DNA of 63,365 nucleotides, filler included, from Octopus bimaculoides (Eukaryota), in the NCBI RefSeq assembly GCF_001194135.2. It is 4 parts of 4 records of this genome, joined end to end, with 100 filler letters (N's around TTAATTAATTAA, not from the genome) between each part and the next. Parts side by side here need not be neighbours in the genome. Positions count along the whole stretch, not along the records: positions 18,716 to 45,056 come from NC_068985.1; positions 45,157 to 62,240 come from NC_068996.1; 2 more parts are not named here. One strand, given 5' to 3'. Under the pieces are notes generated by a model. It did no database searches and was not told the origin of the DNA. It saw only the letters and a program-made list of their open reading frames with translations. Made by a program: the position numbers and the translations under genes. Position 1 is the first letter of the stretch; each line of letters starts with the position of its first letter. Of this stretch, positions 37,870 to 50,265 are shown one piece after another.

Positions 37870-39385
37870 CGACCTGGAAAGGAGTAACAACCTCCTAGAT
37901 GTGAAGCGAGCCCATCATGAAAGTTTATCTGGGATCAATGTGGAGGTGCTACTCTACATCTAAGTAGACTCAACCTTTAAGATGCCAGACATCATTCGCC
38001 TTCCGAGAGGAGAAGAGCTGCATGTTACGGTTGAGGATACCTGTGTGGAGTGACTGGCCACTTGCTAGATTTCTAGCCTCAACAAAAGACAGAGAACCAC
38101 AAGACCCTCTTACTGCCAACACTAGGACACTAGAATCGAGTGAACCCTATTAAGGAAACTAAAAGAGGCACGTAGTAGAAGCGTAGTGACCGGTGCGATG
38201 GCGGGATTGGCTCTTGATCAGTTCTTCAATGCCAAACATGAAGTTTGCGTTGTCAGAGCTAGGGCATATGAGCTGAGACGAGGGAATGAAAGCCGTTCGA
38301 TGGACTCGGATGGCGAAGGCACAACGTGGAAACAAAGCTACAATTCTGTCATTGACGGGCCGGAACAAGCTGTTGCTATTCGAGTCCAAGTAGATGTGTG
38401 CGAAATTTCAGCGGTTCTTGAGCGGAACTGTACGCGGTGGGCCAGGGGCGGGGGTGGGTTTCCCCTCCTACTTCGGTAGTATGCAGCACCTCTCGGTCAA
38501 GGAGGTGGGATTCTGAGAAATGCCGATAACGACCGAAGATCTACGGGACGTGATGACTAGCTGCATAGGAGAGAAGTCTCCGGGGCTGGATGGTCTACCC
38601 TTCGAGCTTTATCTTCATATGCCATACTTGTTCGGTGATCTCTTAGCGGATGTCTGCCGCAACTAGCAACAGAGCGGGACAATACCCAGTGCTGCTAAGG
38701 AAAGACCCGAGCAAGGGGGAGGAAATACATAATTTTACGCCTGTAACTCTGCCAAACGCAGATTACAAGATTTGCACCGAGATGTTAGCTAAGGGGTTGG
38801 CACTTGTCGATAAGCTGGTCGTTGACGTGCAGACATTTGCTGTCCCAAACAGACAGCTTCCACCTCACAAGTTACACTCTAGAGACGGTAGGTAAGGAAC
38901 CTGGCATGGGTGGGACTCTGATCGATATGGATCAAGCAAAAGCTTTTCATAGGGTCGACCGCCAATATTTGGAGACTGCCCTCGCGTCGACCAGTTTTGG
39001 GCCCGTTTTCAGATGCTGGCTCGCATCAACGTACAATGATATCTGTTCGGTGATCACTTATCGAAATGGCCACTTAACGGAATCACTTAGCATCGCATGT
39101 TCGGTTGGTCAAGGATGCCCACACTCACCCCTTCTGTACGTGCTGGCTCTCGAGGGATTCTTATGGATGCTGGATGTTTTGAGGGGCCTTTACTCATGAA
39201 ATAGGATCCGGTAGGTTCGTGTCGGCTTATGCAGTTGACGTCATCGTAATAGTGCCAGACATCTCGGAAATCGAGGTGATTGACACTACCCTAAAGGAAT
39301 AGGAAGAAGTGGTCGGCGAGCAAAGATTCACCAGGAGAAGTCAGTGGGCTTACAACTTCGATCCTGAAGAAGCAGGTCCATGCAT
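37870..39385 (+). mobile_element. Degenerate Tx1/L1-clade LINE fragment (linker plus RT; possible ORF1 remnant upstream)
   Basis: KSPGLDGLPFELY, PVTLPNADYKI, DQAKAFHRVD, SVGQGCPHSPLLYVLALE, SAYAVDV, AKI..EKSVGL; many stops and frameshifts. Confidence 0.85.
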
Positions 39386-39393
39386 CATAGGGT

Positions 39394-39802
39394 ATTAAAC
39401 TTCACAAAATTAAGAATTATAAATTATAAATTATAAATATATATTAGTATACATATATCAAACTTATAAAGTCAAGTATAGAATGTCAAATATAAAATAT
39501 AAAATTACACATCAGAATAAAGATGTCTGTGATTAAATGTGGAAAATAATGTGAAAAATAAAGATTCATATCCTCTTTTGATAGAATCAGGATATCATTC
39601 AAAATCACCATTTTGAATGGCATCCTGAATCTATCAAAAGAGAATATGTATCTTTATTTTCCACATTTAATCACAGATATCTTTATTCTGATGCATAATT
39701 TTATATTTTATACTTGACATTCTATACTTGACTTTATAAGTTTGATATATGTATACTAATTTATATTTATAATTTATAATCTTTAATTCTGTAAAGTTTA
39801 AT
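39394..39802. repeat. 409-bp near-perfect palindrome (fold-back), 4-nt loop
   Basis: Arms 39394-39605 and 39610-39802 are reverse complements around CACC. Confidence 0.95.
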
Positions 39803-40502
39803 CTTTTAATTTTTAATTTTTAATGATTAATTTAACGCTTAATTTTTAGGTGATGTAAAATTAGGTTAACAGTATTTTGAAAAAGAACCTGAAGATGTGT
39901 TGGTAGAATTGGAAATCTGATGATTACACACACACACACACATATATTATAATCTTTCAATATTGAAACACGTGAAGTTCCTTCATAATGATAATTTCAA
40001 CTCAAGTAGGAGATAACTAAGGAAGTATATTTTATACCCTGCTGGTGTACTGGTTTTATCCTTAAAGTATTATTTCTTGATGTGCATATAGATACCACGA
40101 GTTTACCTTGAGATAGACTCATTATATTATTTTTTGCATAATCTGAAATAGAATACCTACATATCTATTAATCCCCAAAACTGAATTATTATTAATTTCT
40201 ATTATATATTTTGTATATTTCCATATAAATATATATTATATTCAATATCCCACTGCACAATATGTAGATGCATCTAATGCTAAAGTGTTGTACCTGATTG
40301 ATTTGGAAATTCGTTTTCCCACATTATTCAAATTAATATACCTATACATATAAATTTGACATGGGCAATTCTTTCTTGTCTTGGGATTCACGGTTAAACG
40401 GCTGGGTGAAATTGTTCGAAAAATTACACACATGTGTAGAATGATCCGGTGGTGATGCTGGGCTTTGGATGTTTCTTATAGCTCCCATGGTTACCGAAAT
40501 AA

Positions 40503-41082
40503 TCTACTATAATAATACTCTTGTGTTTATGAATGAGAAAAGATAGATGAATACCTTCCACGCTGTAATTGTTTTCATTCCAGCACACGATCTCAGATCA
40601 GGTCGCTTGGGTCATCTGTAAATATGTGTGTGTGTGTGTGTGTAAAAGGGGTTATATGAATGTGAGTGTGTGTGTGTGTGTGTAAAAGGGGTTATATGAA
40701 TGTGAGTGTGTGCGCGTGTGTGTGTGTGTGTGTGCATGCGTGCGCGCAATGGAAGTAGGATGGTTCATCTTTGTTCGCTTAGTATTTGGGTTTATTTTTT
40801 GATTTGGTTGAATCTTGGTTTTTTTTTTGTTGGTCAGTTATTTTTAGCGTTTTGACAGAAAAAAAGNNNNNNNNNNCTTAGTATTTGGGTTTATTTTTTG
40901 ATTTGGTTGAATCTTGGTTTTTTTTTTGTTGGTCAGTTATTTTTAGCGTTTTGACAGAAAAAAAGTCATTCTAAAATTGTTTTTTAACGTAAGCGTGGCC
41001 AAACAAATCGGATGCTTACACAGAGCAGGTTTTACAGCTACATCATCCAAACCGACCAGGTGAAACCGGGCTTAGCTGCTAG
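40503..41082 (+). mobile_element. Probable non-autonomous Helitron
   Basis: A|TCTACTATAATAAT 5' end; 3' CCAGGTGAAACCGGG hairpin-like motif then GCTGCTAG|T; no TSD. Confidence 0.5.
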
Positions 41083-41098
41083 TATATACATATATATA

Positions 41099-41570
41099 TC
41101 AGATCATCCCATAACTTCTGTCCGAATTTTGAATAAAGAAAACAAGTGATCAAATGTTATATTTAATTGAAATTTAATCCTCAATGTACTTTCCCCGATT
41201 ATCTATGACTTCCTTCCATCTATTTACAAGCTGTTTAACCCCATCAATGTAAAACTCTTTTGGCTTCAAAGCGAAGAACTCTGAAATGTCAGTTACGACC
41301 TCCTCCTGGCTTGCGAAAGTTATGTCCCCCAAATGATTCTTTAAACAACGAAACAAATGGTAGTCTGAAGGAGAAAGATTGGGAGAATAAGGTATATGAG
41401 GAATTTTTTCCCAACCAAGCTCTTCGATCAAAGGTGATGTGATCTCTGCAGTGTGGGGTCGCGCATTGTCTTGATGAAACATCACTACTTTTCGATTCAC
41501 TAAAGGTGGTCTTTTTTTCTTCAAAGCTTGGTTCAAACGCGCTAAATGCAAGTTAGGGCGATCACAATAC
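41099..41570 (-). mobile_element. Mariner transposon 3' half (rest in gap)
   Basis: ORF 41174-41572: FHQDNARPH...PYSPNLSPSDYHLFR...LVNRWKEVIDNRGKY; probable TIR near 41099. Confidence 0.9.
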
Positions 41571-41994
41571 ATATANNNNNNNNNNNNNNNNNNNNNNNNN
41601 NNNNNNNNNNNNNNNNNNNNNNNNNNNNNNNNNNNNNNNNNNNNNNNNNNNNNNNNNNNNNNNNNNNNNNNNNNNNNNNNNNNNNNNNNNNNNNNNNNNN
41701 NNNNNNNNNNNNNNNNNNNNNNNNNNNNNNNNNNNNNNNNNNNNNNNNNNNNNNNNNNNNNNNNNNNNNNNNNNNNNNNNNNNNNNNNNNNNNNNNNNNN
41801 NNNNNNNNNNNNNNNNNNNNNNNNNNNNNNNNNNNNNNNNNNNNNNNNNNNNNNNNNNNNNNNNNNNNNNNNNNNNNNNNNNNNNNNNNNNNNNNNNNNN
41901 NTATATATATATGTATATATATATATATATATATACCAGAGTAAGCACAGAGTAAGCTGCTTTAATAATAAAGTATATATATGTATTGTTTTCT

Positions 41995-42325
41995 TTTATT
42001 CTTTTACTCGTTTCGGTCATTACATGCGACCATGCTGGCGCTCCGTTTTGAAGAATTTTAGAACGAATCGATACCAACACTTATTTTTTAAGCCTGGTGC
42101 TTATTCTAGCGGTCTCTTTTCCCGAACTGCTGGATTACAGGAATGTAAGCACACCAACACCTGTTGTTAAGTGGTGATGGGGACAAACATAGACACAAAT
42201 ACCACCCCATACGAATATAAATGGCGGGTTTCTTTCAATTTCTGTCTACCAAATCCACTCACAAGGCTTTGGTCAGCCCGAGGTTATAGTAGAAGACACT
42301 TGCCCAAGGTGCCACGCAGTAGGAC
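41995..42325 (-). mobile_element. SINE family A, diverged
   Basis: Reverse-complement tail and body. Confidence 0.8.
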
Positions 42326-44411
42326 TGACATCGAGGTTATTCGATTATATCGACCCCAGTACTTAGTGAAAGGTAAAGCTGGTACTTCGGCGTGATTTGA
42401 ACTCAGAACGTAGAAAGAGCAATAACTAAATACAACGAAGCATTGTGCCTGATTCTTTAACGATTAGTGTATTAACCCACCATTGTCATTCCACAAATAG
42501 TACAATTATTTACAGAAGTAACAAGTTTTAATTCAATTGACTTTACTCTTAACAAAAGCAACAACGACAAACAATATTATAAAACTAAATCAATAAAACA
42601 AATATTTACATCTACAGTTTGTACTTTCGTAATTTTCAATAAAACCTGACCGAGTTTATCTGAATCAATAACGTCTTAATAGCAATGGTAAGTGGAGGGC
42701 GTCGGGTGGGGCTTTACTTGTACTTGGTTATTTGATCTGCTGGAAATAGAAACCAAATGTCCTTCGACATCTTGAAACGTGAGGCACATACTAGATAGTG
42801 TTAATGTTGTCCTAGATATGCAGAGAGATGGACGAAAGCGTGTCGGACTGAATGTTTGAACGTAGAACTCTTCTCAGTCAGCGATGATGAATTGAAATTG
42901 AACAGCAGCAGCAATAACAATAGTTCAGAAAAGATGACAGACATGTATGTATGTATGTATGTATGTATGTATGTATGTATGTATGTTTGTATGTATGTAT
43001 GTATGTATGTATGTATGTATGTATGTATGTAGGTAGAGACAGATAAGTAGGTAGATAGATGTTCATANNNNNNNNNNNNNNNNNNNNNNNNNNNNNNNNN
43101 NNNNNNNNNNNNNNNNNNNNNNNNNNNNNNNNNNNNNNNNNNNNNNNNNNNNNNNNNNNNNNNNNNNNNNNNNNNNNNNNNNNNNNNNNNNNNNNNNNNN
43201 NNNNNNNNNNNNNNNNNNNNNNNNNNNNNNNNNNNNNNNNNNNNNNNNNNNNNNNNNNNNNNNNNNNNNNNNNNNNNNNNNNNNNNNNNNNNNNNNNNNN
43301 NNNNNNNNNNNNNNNNNNNNNNNNNNNNNNNNNNNNNNNNNNNNNNNNNNNNNNNNNNNNNNNNNNNNNNNNNNNNNNNNNNNNNNNNNNNNNNNNNNNN
43401 NNNNNNNNNNNNNNNNNNNNNNNNNNNNNNNNNNNNNNNNNNNNNNNNNNNNNNNNNNNNNNNNNNNNNNNNNNNNNNNNNNNNNNNNNNNNNNNNNNNN
43501 NNNNNNNNNNNNNNNNNNNNNNNNNNNNNNNNNNNNNNNNNNNNNNNNNNNNNNNNNNNNNNNNNNNNNNNNNNNNNNNNNNNNNNNNNNNNNNNNNNNN
43601 NNNNNNNNNNNNNNNNNNNNNNNNNNNNNNNNNNNTGTGTCTTATATCTATTGTTCAAATTTCTTTGAAATCGGAACTATATGAATGTTCACTGGGTTTG
43701 TAAAAGAAAGCAAAGCTAGAGGAACCCAAAAGACGAATGATCACAATAAGCGGTCAGTTACCCTAGCCCTAGTCGTTACCACTCCCCACTGTAGGATTAA
43801 TCACCATACAGGTGATCGGCACAGCCATAAGATGCATTACGGATCTATAGCAATTGGAAGGGCGTGACCAAACTCAAATAGACATTAACAGCTGTGTGAC
43901 GTTAGGAGAAATGAAGGTGTCACCTCTGGAGTTTGCCAATGTTCACTATGCCGATAAGTAACTGAACAGAATAAACTCGCACTCTATAAATCTCTTTGAA
44001 TGGCCAATCACTTATCTCAAAAGGCCCTGAAATCAATGTTACCATTTGGGGTCTATCTCTGACCCAGTGATAATAAAAAGACTCAAAAGAGATCTGCAAC
44101 CAAATAACTTTACTCAAAATAACACTTAGCGACTGAATCAGTGGAGGCGAAGATGCCTCTCCTTTACTTGACAATTTATGCACCACATTGCAGAAATCAC
44201 ATTCTAAGTATATCTTAAAGCAAACTCTTGCACTGTTGTACCACTGAATTACAAATAACGCTCATCTTGCATCCTCGGGTAACTCTACAATTTCCAAGAC
44301 TACAATTGTATTCGTCTTGGTTTAGGAAAAATGACTAAATCGTGGGGGTTAAGCCCCATTAAGGGATCTTATGAAGCTCCTAAGAAAAATTCATATATTT
44401 TTGCTCCTAAG

Positions 44412-44528
44412 AAAATTCATATTATTTTTGCTGTTTTAACCATAGATTTTAATATTACTTTATTTGTGCCTAATATCTATGGTTAAAATTAAAATCTATG
44501 GTTAAAACAGCAAAAATATATGAATTTT
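44412..44528. repeat. 41-bp inverted repeat pair within a structured AT-rich repeat
   Basis: AAAATTCATA(T)TATTTTTGCTGTTTTAACCATAGATTTTAAT (44412-44453) vs its reverse complement at 44488-44528. Confidence 0.8.
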
Positions 44529-44797
44529 CATGGGGTTATGGCCTCATTTATGCCTCCTGACTTTCAAACATATACTGCATTACATCCGCGCTTATACATA
44601 GAATATAATTTCCAAATTTCATAAAGATCCATTAAATATTTTTGAATTTGTTTTGGATCATAAAAAATTACTAAAATTTGGGAGTTAAGGCCCCTTTAGG
44701 GAGTCTTAGAATCCTCATGAGAAGCAGAAACTTTGGGAATACTTCTTGATTTGTGTCAATTACCTATGGTTGAAATTTCATCAACATCGGAAATTTA

Positions 44798-44846
<49 letters not shown>

Positions 44847-47156
44847 TTAATAATAAGGGTAGAAATTGATATTAATCAATTAAAACCAGTGGTCTAGCAT
44901 ATTAAAAATATTAAAAAAATCTGAAGATTAAAATTATATTACATACACAAATAAGAGGAATGACCAGTAAAAGTGGACTCCTATATGCTAGAAATAGATG
45001 CTGAATCATCTAACCACGAAGAATATGTCTGTCGTCTCGCTGAAATTTTACTGAGANNNNNNNNNNNNNNNNNNNNNNNNNNNNNNNNNNNNNNNNNNNN
45101 TTAATTAATTAANNNNNNNNNNNNNNNNNNNNNNNNNNNNNNNNNNNNNNNNNNNNTAGGTCGATACATTTCTAGTGTATAGTTGCTTTTGATTCTGAAT
45201 GAGAAGATATAAAACCTAAAGGAATCAGCGATTCCAACTGAATCTAATTTTTGAAGATACAGAGGACGGACGTGACACGATTTCCTCTTCAATAGTTGTC
45301 ATGTTGGTGTATGCCCTGCGAGTGCATATTCTGTGTGTGTGTGTGTGTGTGTGTGTGTACGTGTTTGTGTGTGTGCGTGTGTGTCTGTATGTGTGTGTGT
45401 CTGTATGTATGTATATATATATATATATATATATATAAATATATGTAAATATATAATATATACACATGCAAACATACGCATATGTATATACATATATACA
45501 TACACACATAAACATATTTATGCATGTATCGTTGTGTGTGTGCATATGCATGCATGTTTGTGCGTGCGTACGTGTGTGTGTACGTGTACTGCATTGCGTG
45601 CATAATTACTTGCAATATGAATGAACATATATAAGCACAATAAAATATTGACGCAGAAATTATGAAGGATGTCATAACTTTGAAAGAATACACCCACCTC
45701 CTTAACATTAAATCACATTTCTCTTCTTAGTTTTCCATTCACTCCCATCCAACTATACATCATTTCTTTTCCAACTTCTTTTATAAAAGAAGATTAATAA
45801 TAAAAAAAATTCAATGATGCATGAAAAAAGTAATGAAAATAGCTGTTATCAAGTGAAATAAAAAGTGAAATTGTTTAAAGTCAGAACTGGCTGTCAGCAC
45901 TGGCATTTTATTTTCGTTACTTTTGATTCAAATGCGTTGTAAATAATTAAAAGAAATTTGTACATTCATTTCAGACATTCAACACATTACATACTATCAT
46001 AATTTTTTTGTTTGTTGCTGCCATTATCAATTTGTCATTTAAGAAAAAATGACATCAAGGTACGTATGGTTTATGTACTTTATTTATGTGCATATATGTG
46101 TTTCTTGATATATATATATATATATATATATANNNNNNNNNNNNNNNNNNNNNNNNNNNNNNNNNNNNNNNNNNNNNNNNNNNNNNNNNNNNNNNNNNNN
46201 NNNNNNNNNNNNNNNNNNNNNNNNNNNNNNNNNNNNNNNNNNNNNNNNNNNNNNNNNNNNNNNNNNNNNNNNNNNNNNNNNNNNNNNNNNNNNNNNNNNN
46301 NNNNNNNNNNNNNNNNNNNNNNNNNNNNNNNNNNNNNNNNNNNNNNNNNNNNNNNNNNNNNNNNNNNNNNNNNNNNNNNNNNNNNNNNNNNNNNNNNNNN
46401 NNNNNNNNNNNNNNNNNNNNNNNNNNNNNNNNNNNNNNNNNNNNNNNNNNNNNNNNNNNNNNNNNNNNNNNNNNNNNNNNNNNNNNNNNNNNNNNNNNNA
46501 TATGCATACATATATATATACATATATATATATGCATATACATATATATATGTGTGCATGTATATATATATATATATATATAATACACCCATATGTGTAT
46601 ATATACAAATACACAAATTATTGATACCTATGAATATGAATAAAAATATTCATGTGTGTATTTGTATGTGTGTATGCAATTATGCATACATTTATGTATG
46701 TATGGAGAAAATTTTGAAACAGACTAATGAAATAATGAGAATAGTACCATCAAAGGCAGAAAACTAAAATATATTAGATGAATCATTGTAAATCGCTTGA
46801 TGAGACGAGTTGAAAGTTGAATGAACGAGAAAAATTTTAGGAAAAGACCAGGAATTATATGGATAATCTAAAAACTGGAGCTACTTAAATAGTTGGGAAT
46901 GTATAAATGCAGTAACAGAAAAACTCGAAATATCGTTCTTCTGAGAGCAATGCAGTAGTGTGTTATGCTTATTCATATACAATATAACTATTTCCATATA
47001 CATATATATATACATACATACATACATACATGCATACAAACATACATGTGTGTGTGTGTATATATGTATACACACACACACACACACACATATTTTTCCT
47101 CTAAGTTCAGCTTAGAGCTGCGGCCATGCTGTTGCACCGGTGTTTGAGTGTGTGAC

Positions 47157-47266
47157 GCTTGCAACACCTAGGTTTCCCAAGCGGTCACCCTTCTAAGTAC
47201 TCACTAGGCTCGACGTTGCTTAACTTCGTTGATCGGGCGAGAACCGGTGCTCTCAACGTGATATGA

Positions 47267-47270
<4 letters not shown>
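47157..47270 (-). pseudogene. 5S rRNA-derived sequence (pseudogene or SINE3 head), first ~4 nt replaced by (CA)n
   Basis: ACGGTCATATCACGTTGAGAGCACCGGTTCTCGCCCGATCAACGAAGTTAAGCAACGTCGAGCCTAGTGAGTACTTAGAAGGGTGACCGCTTGGGAAACCTAGGTGTTGCAAGC is colinear with invertebrate 5S rRNA; no T-run terminator. Confidence 0.9.
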
Positions 47271-47319
<49 letters not shown>

Positions 47320-47765
47320 NNNNNNNNNNNNNNNNNNNNNNNNNNNNNNNNNNNNNNNNNNNNNNNNNNNNNNNNNNNNNNNNNNNNNNNNNNNNNNNNN
47401 NNNNNNNNNNNNNNNNNNNNNNNNNNNNNNNNNNNNNNNNNNNNNNNNNNNNNNNNNNNNNNNNNNNNNNNNNNNNNNNNNNNNNNNNNNNNNNNNNNNN
47501 NNNNNNNNNNNNNNNNNNNNNNNNNNNNNNNNNNNNNNNNNNNNNNNNNNNNNNNNNNNNNNNNNNNNNNNNNNNNNNNNNNNNNNNNNNNNNNNNNNNN
47601 NNNNNNNNNNNNNNNNNNNNNNNNNNNNNNNNNNNNNNNNNNNNNNNNNNNNNNNNNNNNNNNNNNNNNNNNNNNNNNNNNNNNNNNNNNNNNNNNNNNN
47701 NNNNNNNNNNNNNNNNNNNNNNNNNNNNNNNNNNNNNNNNNNNNNNNNNNNNNNNNNNNNNNNNN

Positions 47766-47799
<34 letters not shown>

Positions 47800-49624
47800 A
47801 TATAACTATTTCCCGTCATGATTATAGACTTAATACGCAATATTGAAACTAAGTGGAAGAGGTGAACACAACATTAGTAATAATATAGTAGATATAAATC
47901 CTCTAGCCATACCAGTTATAAGCTACAGCTTCGACATAAAAGCAGTGAACTAAATTGAACAGTTTAGATGAAAAATAATCTCCAGGGAACTGCAAATAAC
48001 GTGCAAACATACCACTTCAAAGAATATACCTACTCGTCAGAGAGGAAGGATATGAAATGTTACAGAAGAATACAACAAATAAACAGGAAATTTCGTAGAA
48101 ACCAGCTTATGGGAATTAAAATGGGAACCACCTAGCAGCATCGGGATTACGGCTCACTGTTTAGTAAATTTACTCAAGAGTAATACTTGCAGTCCGACCC
48201 TTCTTTTTCACAATTTGTTAAAATCATCGTTGAGGGCTTAGCGGAAGAGGAATAATATTTGTCTTCATTCCGAATGAAACTTTTTAAATTTAGAGTAGGG
48301 AAATATACACGATGGACTCAGCTAACAGCCTGATCCATTCTACATGTGACAGCATGTGCTCAACCTAAATCTACAAGTCAGTAATATCAGACATTGGATA
48401 AGTGTACGAAGAAAACTTCCAACATTTCGGACGCCTAGTACAGGACTGACTGACGACACTTTATTGTTTGTAGAATTTATTTCAAGTCGGCAGCACACTT
48501 CTAAAGTACTGTCCGGCCAAGAACTTTTAATCCACCCTCCAATGTCTACACAATCTTTCTCTTGCTAACGACGCTAATAACCTTAGCATTTTATGGAGTA
48601 TTAGAGGTGACGTGCTACTGATTACGTCGTCCCTTTGTTGATCCGACCCATGGCTGCATTTGATCCAGTTTTTCTTATTACCGACACCTCTAATTCCAAT
48701 ATAAGAGCCACAACTTAGATGGTGTCGTTCGATTGCATTGTTCTAACGTCTAAAAATGAGAGCAAAATTTGCTGTGCTTACGACAACGACCATTTCGAAG
48801 GCTTAGATTAGGTTAATTTGATCAGCACCTTCACAGAGTGAGATATTTTTAATAGCAGTTTCGTATGTACCGTATATGGTGCATATGTCACGTTTATACA
48901 TCTCCGATTAGTTAACCGCGAACAAGCTTCATGTCCCTGTAAACGTCTTTACCAAACTCTTCTGTTCAACACCAATCATGGTGTCGTCCTTACAAAAATA
49001 CACAATAGTACTTCCGATCTACCATCGTGATAAAAAGAAAATCTTTATCTGGAGATGAACGCCTTTCTAGAAAACACACGGTTCAAACGCATGAAGCTTA
49101 AATTTCGTAGTCATTCAGAAGTAGCAAGAGTACATATGGTCAGGTGACTCTGGTTTCATTAATGGTTACTGTCTCTATGTTTAGTAATTGTGATTATTCA
49201 AAAAACTCAAATGTCATATTCATTCAGATCCCACTTCGTCTTTTAGGTTATACATAAGACTCAGCTAGCAATTTTGGTCTTGTGGTTTATTGTCCCTCGA
49301 TGTTCAGTAATAATTTCACATAAAACCTATGGTGCACGGAGTTTAAAATATATAAGTGAGTTCATTTATGATATTTCCATAATTTAGAAAGGGTTATTTC
49401 ATTATTCTTCTCTGTCTAAAATGTGTGAGGCACGTTTTCACAACCGTTCTCAGCTCCTTACTGACACAGCTGTGTTGATTGTTTCTTTTACTGAACAAAG
49501 TTCTTTTGTCCCTGAAAAAGCTATCACATCAGGTCAATCACTATAAAAATGACAAGTCTTTGCCTGTTTATACTCGGATTGAAGCAATACTCAGTTCAAG
49601 AGCTGATGGAGCCAGTAAAGAGAG

Positions 49625-49822
49625 CTTCTTCTTCTTCTTCTTCTTCTTCTTCTTCTTCTTCTTCTTCTTCNNNNNNNNNNTTCTTCTTCTTCTTCTTCTT
49701 CTTCTTCTTCTTCCTTCTCCTCCTCCTCCTTCTTCTTACCTCCTCCTCCTCCTTCTTCTTCTTCCAATTCTTCTTCTTCCAATTCTTCTTCTTCTTTTTC
49801 TTCTTCTTCTTTTTCTTCTTCT

Positions 49823-49853
<31 letters not shown>

Positions 49854-50182
49854 GTTCTTCTTCCTCCTCCTCCTTCTTCTTCTCCCAATTCTTCTTCTTC
49901 TTCTTCTTCTTCTTCTTCCTCCTCCTTCTTCTTCTCCCAATTCTTCTTCTTCTTCTTCTTCTTCTTCTTCTTCTTCCTCCTCTTCTTCTTCTTCTTCTTC
50001 TTCTTCTTCGTTTACCTATTCTTCTTCTTCTTCTTCTTCTTCTTCTTCTTCTTCCTCCTCCTCTTCTTCTTCTTCCTATTCTTCTTCTTCTTCTTCTTCT
50101 TCTTCTTCTTCTTCTTCTTCCTCCAATTCTTCTTCTTTTTTTCTTCTTCTTCTTCTTCTTCTTCTTCTTCTTCTTCTTCCTT

Positions 50183-50227
<45 letters not shown>

Positions 50228-50265
50228 TTCTTCTTCTTCTTCTTCTTCTTCTTCTTCTTCTTCTA
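49625..50265. repeat. Long polypyrimidine (TTC/CTC)n tract
   Basis: Direct sequence. Confidence 0.97.

Noticed and set aside
40790-40965. Exact ~85-bp direct repeat
   Set aside because: Copies flank a 12-N gap; typical unmerged contig overlap.
47157-47270. Functional 5S rRNA gene
   Set aside because: 5' terminal bases missing, solitary, no oligo-T terminator; kept as pseudogene/SINE3 candidate.
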